The translations under genes were made by a program, and so were the position numbers. This document shows positions 12,301-24,110 of a stretch of DNA of 64,000 nt, in pieces. Under the pieces are notes generated by a model. The model saw only the letters and a program-made list of their open reading frames with translations. It searched no databases and was not told where the DNA came from. How positions within the stretch are numbered: position 1 is the first letter of the stretch; every line of letters begins with the position of its first letter. Source of the stretch: Balanoglossus misakiensis (lineage: Eukaryota; Animalia; Hemichordata); contig CM082584.2 of NCBI GenBank assembly GCA_040954595.2, positions 12,306,875 through 12,370,874 of the forward strand, in the 5' to 3' direction.

Positions 12301-15300
12301 ATTGAAAATTAAACAAAAGCATTTCCATATTATCTCGAAATTGTGAATGATCCCCGAAATGGAGCAATAACCGACTACAAACAATGTCCGATTTGTATGA
12401 GAGAGAGGTGTTGTTAGGTAAATTTGTTGTCGTCATTGGCTGTCTGGAAGTAGCAGACGATATGCAAATAAGACTTTAGAAATCCCGAGCGACAGCGATG
12501 TTATTTAGCCGCGGAATCGCAATTTCTAGCGATAGACGTATATATATACAAGTTCGTTTGCTTTCCCTTCAGATTTTATCAATATGCGCCATCAAGGGGA
12601 AAGGGTTGGTGTGTACATTGCTTTGTCAAATCTAATACAATTCACCGCTTCCAGATTGGCGGTAATTTTTGTGTAGACAGAGGTCATTCATCACACAGAG
12701 GGCATTCTACTTTATTTTATTTTAGGTCTTGACGAAATTGAGAACAAGTAAGGTACAGCAGAAAGCAAACAAAACAGGATTACCATTTTGGATTTTTTAT
12801 TCTTGACGGCCTTGACTCTAACCTACCCCTCACAATATGTTTTCCGCTTACATCATGTTGGAAGCTCATTCAATTATATTGCAACTACACTGATACATGC
12901 CGTGTGTAAAACACAGCTGTCAGATTAACAACGTCGCCAGTTTAATCCCCAGGCCTCTGTTTCAGAAGTAGCACACTCTGCGACTTGTTTCCCAATTTCA
13001 CCTATTTTAGTTGAAGTAAAGGCGATATTTTGTAGGTTTCTTGCTATGCGCGAGAATTTTATACATGCTCAGCAACCAATTTTGGCCGCGCTTTTGGTTA
13101 ACGTATTATTTACCCGTCGCTCACGCACGTTTGCATCGATTCAAGAGAGATTGGGCAAGTCCTTTGGGGATTATCATCACTGGCTGTTTGCCATTGCTTT
13201 AGCATGAATTAAAAGATAATGACAAATATATTGCGCCAGCGCTGTGAAAAATTCAATTTCTAGCTATTCTAAGTGTTGAACTTGCGGCTTTCCCCCATTA
13301 AATGCAGACGACAAATATCACCTTGGAGAGAGAATGCCCGTCGTATACGAAAAATAAAACTCGGCAATCTTATGTGATGAGCTCTAATGTTTATCCATCC
13401 CATTAAAAGTAGGTTTTTAATATTCAGCGTGTAAATTGACTCTCAATCAACATTATCTCTGACACGCTTCCATATTTTCCCCCAGCTCTTCTGCTTATAT
13501 TAATGCTCTGTTCAATATGGTGGAAACAATCTTGTCTCTCAGTTCATGCCATATTGATTGGTAGCAATCCGTTCCAACTGCGTCATCGAAAATCTCCACA
13601 CTTGTTACGAACCGTGACATATTCCCGGCAGATATTTGATGTAGAAATTGGCGTCTCCGTGCAAATATATATATACATCTTTTCTTTGCCACCTTTAACG
13701 ATATCATTTTGGAACGTTTCGATTTTCTGATAATTAATAGAAGCAGCCGTGACACGGTGCGATATTGCGCTCCTTACTGATTTTGTCGCTGAATAAGTTT
13801 AGTGTTCGGTAACAAGAAACGACATCTGATGAAAGCCCGCGTTATCTTCTGTGTTTCATTCAATATGGCGGAAGTATTTATCATGTCATCATACTAACGT
13901 TCCTTTGTGTTTCGTATTGTATTACACCAGATAATGTCCTACCCGTCTATTTAATTTTGACGCGTTCCAATTTTCTCTCGCTTTGCCACGTGCACGTTAA
14001 TGGCTGAAATGATTACCTCATAATTTTTGTTGAAGGCTGTGTATGTTTTATACTTTCATTACGTCGGTCACGAAAGTCTGACTTCCCGTTATTACACATA
14101 AATCAAAACTCGACCGACTTGTTTAATTCTGACTAGTTCCCCACTTGTGTCAATAACCATTTACCTCGGTTTTCGTATGACGTCAAAGGTTGTGCGGCTG
14201 AAATTTGGTCTACGTAAGATCACAGGATCACATGCACATATATGTACTAAACAGAAATGGCAACCTTTGTTTTCTGATTTCAGTTGTCTGTATAGGTAGG
14301 TCCTTAGAAAATTACCTTGGATAGGTCAAGTCAGTCGTCTGTTTCCGGGAAACGGAAAATAGGACTTCAGGGCTTTGGCAGCCATTTTTATTGAACCCAC
14401 AACCCACGTCCTTTTTGCAGTGTGATTCTCTACAGAACAAAATCCCACGCAAACAGCGGTAGATAACCACCCACCTTTGATTTAAAACAAAAAAGGCCAA
14501 ACTAACTGAACTCAACTGAATATCGGGACCAAACTTTATCATGATGAAGGACGGGTGCTGTAGACTGACAATCGAAACATTCGACGGCTGTGTTAAAAGA
14601 TGAATCGATATGATGAAATCCACGGCACTGAAATGTGGGATGCCAGAGATCAACTCGACCGAGTTGATCATTCGTCCCACTACCCCAAGAAAGTCCAGCT
14701 TATTTAAATATTCAGTGACCGTCAGGCGCGCAGGGATGGAAGTACGACAGGCCCTGAGTGTGTGGTTTCATTCCCTCGGAACAACTTCGGACCAGAGAGA
14801 CTCGGCTCGTGATCGCGCTCCTGAGAATACGGAAAGCACATGGCGACCTTATGCAAATTGACCCTGTCGAGGGGTCGTGTCGCGAGGAGAGAGAACGTTT
14901 GAGGGGGAGTGGGATCAATTCATGATGAAAAGACAGGTCAAGAGAGAGATTGCTAGAGATTCTCGGTAATTGACGTAGGGATGACACGAGTGCTGACTAG
15001 GCTCGAGTTGAAGTGACAGATAAGGAGCTATGAACGGCTAACCTTGAAGATGTGTTATCTGTCAGGGGCGACACGAAGGTGTGCAACGTGACTTCACGAG
15101 TAACTATACCCCACATGATAAAACACACTACTCTTTGTAATTTCCCATCCCTGGAAAGCCTAGCTCTCTAGCATTATGAGTCAAGTAAACTGTCGTGAAT
15201 ATTTCGCTGTCGGATATTTTCATGGAGGATCCGACTGGATGCGCGAGTAGATTATTTAGCAGTGTATTCATTCACTGCTATGTTACTCAGTGTTACTCTG

Positions 15301-18300
15301 ACTTAAATGGCACAGCTACCCAGCGTCCCTTGGTTAAGACAATCGTCACTGCATCGCCTATGTTCTCAGAAGAATAAAAAATTCTGTTTTACACCTTTAA
15401 GAGGTGGCTGTGAAGTGTGTACTCAAAGCTATACTGAAGACGGTGTACATGTACAAATATACTGGATGGTTGCTAATCGCCTTTTGTTATACCGTGGTTG
15501 CATTTTCATCGAACTCTTGCACACACAATTGTTATCTGTCATCCCAAGGGGGACAGCAGATAGACACCGATTCATAACACTATTGGCGTTATGGGGTCCC
15601 TCGCTCGAAAGGGTGTTAACGCAATGCAGTGCTACGTTGTGACAACCTGGGCCTTTGTTCACTGTTATATAGACAGAATTAAGCCCGACACATATAGAAA
15701 ACGACGTAGATAAACGTATGGAGAAGCAAATGAGCAGAAGGGGTAGAGAAAGGGTGACGCTATAGAAAATGACAGTTAAAGGAGCCCGTGAGAGAGAGAT
15801 AGAGGCAGACAGACATGCAGAGAGATGGCTGTGATACCAGGTTCAGATGACTGTCATTAAGTGTCTGCCATGTTTTAAACGCACATCGATAGTGCATTAA
15901 CTAAACTCGAAATCAATGGTGCGAAATAAATGTGCAATACATCACGTCGGCAATTTTTCACACTTTGGAGAAATAACTAAAAGTGATGGAAATTGGGGGA
16001 TTTTCCTATTGCTAAACAAACACTCCGCGAAGTAATGGAGAAATGTCAATTGAGTTTTAGACCTCTGAAATTATCCAGTCAAGAGATAATTAGGAAGTTC
16101 TTGGAGACCATACCAAAGTTGATGATGATTATATCCTTGTATTTTTTTTATTATAAAAAATGATGACAAAGAAAAATTCTGAAATAAAAATAAATGACTA
16201 GAGACCACTGGCAATGAGAGAATGTTATCTTCTGTGATTTCAAAGTCAAACCAGAATAAGTGGTAAAACATTGCAGAATAACTGCAATCTATCTTGTCCT
16301 ATTATTTTTACAGTTTAAGGTTGAAATAGACATGACACTGGGCACTACTAATTGAAAAGAAATTGACTGTCACTTTTTCTCAGAAAGACAATTTTGGAGA
16401 AGGGTTTTGATGGAATTGCAATATGGCGAGAGTACTTTGACATTCCTGGCGTTATGTATCGAGAACCTTGGGAGAAAAAAATTAACATGCTGTTCAATAT
16501 AGACAGAAATGTTTTTTCATTACTACCAACATTACCTTGGCAATTTTTCTGGAGCTACAAATTAAAATCGATGCCCTCGCTGCCAGCATTATTGAAAAAT
16601 CGGCCATAAAACCATTTTAAAGGCGCTTTATCAGAGAGCGCATGGCAAACTGCGGGAGAATAGGCTTTCATATAAATAGCAGGTAGCAGGCAAACAGTGT
16701 TTCTTTACGCTTATGAATCTCTGTAGCGGCGAACGATGAGTAAACGTTCTCAACCAAGCAACAGTGTGCCGATCAAAATCCACCACGGCTTTGCGTTGTC
16801 AAACGACAGCCAAGTGGTCTGTACTATTAAAAAAGCAGTACACTTGACAATTTTCACATCTGTTTCTCCCCCGTTCCAACATGGACACGTCTGGAAAAAT
16901 GGGTTTGTTTGAATTGCCTGATAAAGTTCCTCTATGTGCGTGGTTAGTTGGAATGTTACATTGTCCTTAAAGGGGCTTCCCAGTAAGGGGAGGAGGGAAG
17001 AGATGATTACTGCTCTGCTAGGCATCTGAGGTGAATAAAGTACATAGCCTTGTATGCATGAAAGAAGACGTGACTTTGCCACGTTTTCACCATCCTCTGA
17101 ATTGTCCCCACAAGCAAAATATCCACAGTCCTAGCCAATATAAAATTTCAAAGTCAACGAAATACTATATAAACTAGTGATGTCCTTTTGTTTGCGGAGT
17201 TCATTGTCTGTAGCTTTTGAGTTCGTGTCAATAGCAAGACCGGGTGGCAACTTTAAAAGGGAACTGGAGGTATTTGCTTTTACTGAGGCAGTACAAGACT
17301 TTGCTATTGAAGCGAACAAACACAATTTCGAGAAAATGTCACAGAAACGTGTGCGGTTTACGCAAAAAAAAAAAAAAAAAACCCGATATGGACGTGAATT
17401 CTGAAAAATAGTGAACGACTGGCCGTAAATCAAATTAAAAATTTGTTTTCCCCTTCAAATTAAGATTTGGTGTGTTAATACCCGGAAAAATCCGAAATGA
17501 ACCACATTAAAATTATTCCCCCTTAAAAACAGATGTCAAATCGCAGACAGCGTATGATTCATGTAGCCAATGATTATTGTGACCTCTGACCTTTCTACCT
17601 GGCCTGTCGCTTTTTACGACGGTAAGTTCATCGCGCACCGAGGTAAATACGTCGGTTAATCTTGTTTCCCTGGAAAGTCTATTGTGTAACACTTGTAAGC
17701 TTAATCACACCTTTCCTTCAATATTTCTTAACCAGAGAATTCTTTGGCTGTTTTAACTCATGCGCTACTGGTTCCGAAAAGCGTATCGTGCCATATTTTG
17801 TCGGCGGAAATAGTGGTTTTAACTCTTACATTAATCCGCGCTACTAATTGACAATTAGAAATGGTGACGTTGTGTTAGAAATCTGCTAGTGCTCAGGTTC
17901 AGGAGGTTTATCTCTGAGCACTGGAGGTTTTAATTGTATGGCATGTTCAGCAGACTCAATCAGTAAAATAGTCAGGTATGAGCTATCATTACCAGGCTGT
18001 GTATTAAAGATTTTTTTCAGGGGGGGGGGGGGAATTTCGCGTGCCTGTCGTGTTCACTGAGCCAATGAGCCCTAAAGGCACACATATTTCTTTCGCATAT
18101 TCCTGCATATGTCGATCCGGAGCTGAATATAATAAGAGCTAACGAGACCATAATAGTAGTGCCAAAAAAACAATTGATTGTACCCGCATATATTTTGCTT
18201 TTCAACGAGCGATCAAATTTCCTGGACTCGACGTATGAACTAGATGAAGGTGATTGATTTGGCGGAGAAATCTAGTGAAGAACATGTGCTTTTGACATTC

Positions 18301-21300
18301 TGCCTGTCTGCTGCCTAGCTGACGAAATCACGTCGTCGCTCAGTTGTCTGGCCTCGGTCTGGTTGGTCCATTTTCCCGCTTCACACTAATTCTCGCCGAG
18401 GTCTTTCACCGCGTGTGTGGCGACTCTGTTAATTACATCGATACCTATCGGTCTGTTCCGAGTTCGAGACGTGTGCGGGAACGTTGACAATTTGCCAAAC
18501 GATCCTGAAATGTCACCGCGTTTTATTTATGTGCGTTTTGGCACATCGGAGGCTGTTAGATCGAAATTGGAAAAAGATAATGTATTAACTGTCTTTTAAA
18601 GATGGGAATTTGAAGTGTCGTCAATGAGTAAGCGCGAGTTCGGCTGCTGTAAAGGAGTGAATGCTGTCATTACGTCGTATTGTACAGACATCTGCACCCA
18701 CCATTAACAGGAAATTCGACTCATCCTGACTGAACTGCATTATACCAGTCTGACAGATCCTTCTTACTTTCTTCACTTCTTTGATCGTTTTGACAATAAC
18801 CGCGAATGCTGATTAGCCCTAGCCCCCCATCCCCAGCCAATTTGTCTGTATTTTCCTAGTTGCCAGTTGTTAGATGTGATCACCTGAATGCCTGACTCTT
18901 TCTTCATGGCTTCGGAAGATTGTATTGCCACCCAATTTTCTGACAATCACTCTGAAGGTGAAGACTCGGGAAGTGCGAGACAGGAGCAGATTGCTGCTTC
19001 TAACATGGGTTGCTGTATAACATTGGTTACTGTTTAACTTCAGCAGCTAGGGCACTGTTTTCTCCACAATTGAGAGTTGGCGCGCATTACAGACGCGACC
19101 ATCGGAAAAGATCTAACACACAATAAAATATAAGAAGAGGATCACAATATCCTGTCATGTCACTCACTTCATGAAATATTAATATCCGAATGTGTATGGA
19201 TCTTTTGCTAATGCACTTACTAAATCTGAGATTCCCCTAAAATCTCACAATTAGAAAAACGGCCACTCTAATTGACAAAACGTCATTGAGTGAAACACTC
19301 ACCGGCAAAAGTGAAGGTTTCCCGTAACAAGTATTCACTTAAAGTGACCCAGCTTTCTCGGGGGGACTGAACACACACCAATTTTGTAAAGCTACATAAA
19401 AGACGCTGATAGAAATTCGAATTTATCGTAAAGAGAACAACAATACAAACACCTATTATTCTTCATATTAATTCATGTTTCTGTCTTTATGAAGTGATGT
19501 TTTCAAAAGAGATTCACATGGAATCCTACAAGGCAATGTCATTTCTTGGGTCGAACTGTGTCGAAGACCAAGTAATATCCGAATAGAGCCCGGCCTGCTC
19601 TTATAATCATAGAATTTCTTATCCACTGTGCATATCTAATTTTTATATCCTCTGTGCATATCTCCCTTTAAAGCCTGAAATTTCTTTTCTCCAACGAAAG
19701 TGCGAATTGTCATCGTTATTGACAGTAGACCTCGATAAGATTGAAAGCACTTCTGGTCAAAAATGCGAAATGTGCGATACGTAGATATGTGAAATATTAT
19801 CATTTTCATCTAAGTTATTGTCGTTTCTTTTCGGGGTATAAGTCTTCTGCTTGCCATTGAAATGTCTAGAATTTCACATTCGTACAGTCTGATTATGCCA
19901 CCGTTGTCTTCTTGGGTGTCCGATGTCATCGCCAATAAGACAGCTGTGTCACGTGATTTCACGCCGGTAACACTATAGTCTAACCCTAATTGTACTTTTC
20001 AACATTTTCCATAAAACACGATAGACGTATTGACTTTTTAAGAGAATATTTGCGTGAGAGGCTGGTTTTTAAGATGTGGTGACCCCCTCTTTGCTGAATG
20101 CCTTCGAGTCATAGCGATGGGAGGGCGGTTACAATGCTTCCATATAATGGATGGCGCGAAGGAAGAGTTGCCGTATAACAGGCCGTGTTCTCTTCCATCG
20201 CAGTCCTTTACGGGCACTAGGGAGTTGGCACATTGCCCCTGACAAGATTTTTGGCGCCCGCCTATACACAATTCGTTAATGCAATTTGAGTCAATTTTCT
20301 TGCACTCTAATGAAATTTGACAATAAGCGAACGTTGTGTACAATACTCTACCAGAGATAATATATTTCTCAGCCCCAACAAATGCACACACAGAAGAGCG
20401 TAGACACACCGATACTCAAACGCACGATCCGCTAGTGTTGGCAAATAAATATGTCTTCCTTCTGTTCCGAGGCACTTTGTTTGAAAATTTGATTTAGAAA
20501 TTCAAAGGCAGGGAGATATTCTGGCGAGCAGACGACAACCGTAATCTCTGCATGCGGCGTTGGTGACGTCAACCAATTGTTTTCCGCTCCTGTAATTGAC
20601 AGATTGTGGGTTGTGATAGGGACGCCGCTGAAATTACGCGCTTGTCGCCAGAAGAGAATAAAAAAGTCGGTGGAATTCAGATTAAGACAATATAGAGTCC
20701 TTTTTATGGTCGCACTAAGATTTTAATAGCAGTCGTTTGATTAATACAGCTGCTTATGAAATATCAATAATTTTTAGAACAACGGATCCGCTAAAAACGC
20801 AAAAATTGCCTCATCTCTCGAGTGCCCATTGGTTAATTGCTGACATGTTAAGTCGTCATGACGCTTCCCATATTTTTTATGGAAGGGAGCACGTATTACT
20901 CGATGCAAATTGCAAATATTGTAGGAACATAGCTGGAGGGGTGTCGTACGAAACAGATTTGTTGCCCAGCCGTAAAACGCTTCTGACCTGAACAAGTATC
21001 TTAGTCACCCACTCTGCCTGTAATTTAGGATGGATTCTCCTAAGTCTTGTCTGTCTCTTTTTAATTCCCCCCAAAGAACGACGACGACCCAAGCGACTGG
21101 ATTAAAAAGTGAACCAAGAGTCAAGCAATGACCTAATTTAATCAGCGGGAAGGAGCTGAAACTTTAAATCGACTGTTGACAACGCGCTGCCGATAATGTC
21201 CACACTTCTGTTGATACTGACAGATGATTTTATTTTACACCAGGGCAAATTTGTGTTTGCGATTAAATGGAGACACTATGCTTTTTTTCTCAGCAGCGAG

Positions 21301-22539
21301 TCAAGTCACGTGACGAGAATTGACAGATACCGTGAATTGTACTCGTGTGCTTTTCCTAATTCCGCGTGCATATTTCTATGTAGAATTTTGATCCTGCCAA
21401 CTGAACACCGGCCGGCAAATCTCAGCGCAGTCAGTTTTAAAAATATGCAGTCAGAAAAGCTCTGTTCTGCGGCATTGCGTGCGCCTCGATTCATACAACG
21501 TGGGGAAAAATCCGAACAGTTCCATTACACACCAGGTGCAAATATTTCTGTGAAAGTAAAGTGCCTTTATTCTGCTACCTATTGTCATGAAGATGAAACT
21601 ACAAACCTGTACTCAACACCCACCCTTTTCATTTCTCTGTCTCTCACTCCCTCTCTGTCTTCTATGTCTGTCTTTTATCACATACGCGCACATAAACAAA
21701 CCTGGCGCGCTGACCTAATTCTGGGAAGCTTTCTTTTAAAGGGCATTTTACATCATCATTTTCGGACGGGCAATTTACCAGAAACATAATGTTGTCAAGG
21801 ATGATACACTCATACTGCTGTGCCCTATACACTACTGTCAGTCTTTACAAGGATGACCTCCTATTATCTTTATTAAACAAGATATACGCCGTATTTGATT
21901 TTGTTTTCCAAACGAGGTTTCAACTAGAGGCGGAGATTTGGGTTTATGATCATTGAGAGTGTTCGCCATTTTTACTCCGCATTCAGGGCCTGAAGCAAGC
22001 ACCGTGCAATCGTTATTTTTATAAAACAAGTTTAAAGCTTATCCGGAATACACGAAAAAGCCTAGGGAAGTTGGCAATATACCAACTGTGAAATAACAAA
22101 ATAGAGACACATACAAAACTGCATATCTATAAATAGATCAAATATATATTTGCCAATGTATTTCATTGATACAGTGTGCTTACGGAATAAATATAAACTT
22201 GTGAAACGTACATCAGAAAGAAATTGACATTACATTGAAATGTACATAGAAAATCCAGAGAAATTGATTAACAGGTAGCTTGTGTACGCCGGGCTGTATG
22301 CACTGCATTGATTTTTCCCGTCCTGTTTGCTTGCCGTTGCAGATCACCGGCAAAGGCGTGTTTTATGCGATCAGCGCGAAGCTCGGATTTCCTTAGAAAC
22401 CGACGGGAAGATGCCGCTATGTTGCGTGGTGGCCGCTCTAGATTTATCATGATGGTGTGTGTGTGTTCATCGCGTCCATCGACTGTGACAGTCAGCAAGG
22501 TGAGCAAAAAATGATTTTCTTGGCTGTGTCCGTTGATGC

Positions 22540-22626
22540 AGGCATCGTGTGAACTACGTGTATTCTCAAGCAATAACATCACGTATGTATTATCAACCCG
22601 AGAATACGCGTGGTCAACACGTGCAG
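22540..22626 (-). ncRNA. mir-137: microRNA mir-137 precursor hairpin; mature 3p 22554-22576, star 5p 22589-22611
   Basis: 3p arm UUAUUGCUUGAGAAUACACGUAG matches invertebrate miR-137 as I recall it. 5p arm ACGCGUAUUCUCGGGUUGAUAAU resembles vertebrate miR-137-5p and pairs with the 3p arm, leaving a 2-nt 3' overhang and a 12-nt loop. Extended lower stem, basal UG at -14/-13, CNNC (CAUC) at +16..+19. Confidence 0.97.
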
Positions 22627-23936
22627 TTGTCGTTCCTTGGTCCTCCTCTTCTCGCTCTGTCCATATTGACGGAACACGGGAAACAGCAGGACTATGGATC
22701 AACGACGAATTTTACATGCCGCGCGGTTTCACGTGCAGTCTGCTACCTTCGACTAGGCAGTCTCGTGTCTTCTCGTTCCTTCCTCGTTGTCACACAGATG
22801 ACCCAAAACCGAGCCGCTCGACGACCTTGTTTTAATCCAAGAACACCGTGCGACCGACTGAACATTTTATATGCTAATTGCAGCTATGAATACAAGCAGA
22901 TGCCGTTCAAACAAAACGAAAATCATTACTCGGGTACAGGGTCATAAATACACAGCGAGGAAGGCGTGACGGGGAAGAGTTTCGTCGGATCGACTGACGC
23001 AAAGATCTGAATCTCCCATCGATGCAGTCAGCGTGAACACACATAACAGTGGGATGCGCCGCGAAATAATCGATACTACGGCGTTTTTTAAGAGACGCGG
23101 GGATAAAAGAAGGGAAACGGGGAAACCGGTTCACGCAAAGACGGGAGGAAATTTACGCGAATTCTGAAACTATGATTGTTCGCATGCGGTGTTAGTATTA
23201 GAGTGATGAAAACCAGAATTAAAATGGGATGCGTTACACACACGAAGAAAATGTCGTATTTGTAAATAGCTAGGTAGCGAGACAAAGGCACTCGTGTGTT
23301 ACCTATCTGCTACGGCCTGCTATTACAACAAATGGATATGTTGGGGGGGATTTCCGTCACAGTTAAAATATACTCAAGGCTTAAAACAAATGAGGTGGTT
23401 AAAAAGAGAATGGGTGACACAGATTGGGAGAAAATAACAAAAAATTACAGTAACTTACAGTGAAGATTTTCAGTCGATTTCAATATTCACTTATGCGGCT
23501 CCACAGACAGACAGCGCACACAACAATGATGCGCTCTACACTATCATGTCGGTCGCTGCAGTCATGACAACGGAGAGGAAAGAAAAGAGGTCTGGAGAGA
23601 GAGATGATTAGGGTGACGATTTTCCTGATAGCTGGAATATGTTAGCGCGTATCTAGCCGTGATTGGATTTGGGAGAGAGAATGAAGGTTCGAAATTCAGA
23701 CGCGTATTCAGGTATAATCGAATCTCCAAGTCTCTGCCTCAGTCAACTTGTTGTCGAGCACATGTACAGCGTACAAATATTAGTGAGGCGTATTTATGTC
23801 AGGTCACTTTTCTCTCTCTCTCTCTTTCTCACTGTCTCTCTTCTGCGTCGTATCATCAAATACATCTCATCTCGTCAGAAAACCGCGGAGCTGCACTCAC
23901 ACATCGCGTGGTCGACTGGCTTCTTATTCAAGCGTG

Positions 23937-24110
23937 GCTCACCCTTCTCTGATCGCTCAGGTGGCAAGGGCGGACTGTCTATATCTCTGTCTGTCTCTCT
24001 CGATCTCGGCGTGTCTGCGGACAGCGACCAGTACGCTGTACGTAAGTGCACGCTAGCTCCCCGCCCACTGAACTCGGCAAATGCTCGTCTTTTCCCTAGT
24101 TATTAAGGCG
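23937..24110 (-). promoter_or_regulatory. Candidate promoter and first exon of the pri-mir-137 host transcript
   Basis: Inr-like TTCAGT at 24067-24072 (minus), TAATAA ~30-35 nt upstream, strong donor AGG|GTGAGC at 23943/23942, CpG-rich surroundings ~1.4 kb upstream of the hairpin. Inference only. Confidence 0.35.

Noticed and set aside
15850-17530. AT-rich blocks that look like decayed transposon remnants (also ~39550-39950 and ~47600-47900)
   Set aside because: I could not define TIRs, TSDs, a second copy or transposase/RT motifs by eye; needs RepeatMasker with a species library.
21196-21789. Longest ORF in the track (197 aa), and likewise 45037-45516 and 56679-57119
   Set aside because: No recognisable domain, composition like translated non-coding DNA, and no supporting exon structure.
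22268-22947. Overlapping 100-144 aa ORFs on both strands
   Set aside because: They overlap the mir-137 hairpin and its GC-richer flanks and have no protein-like features.
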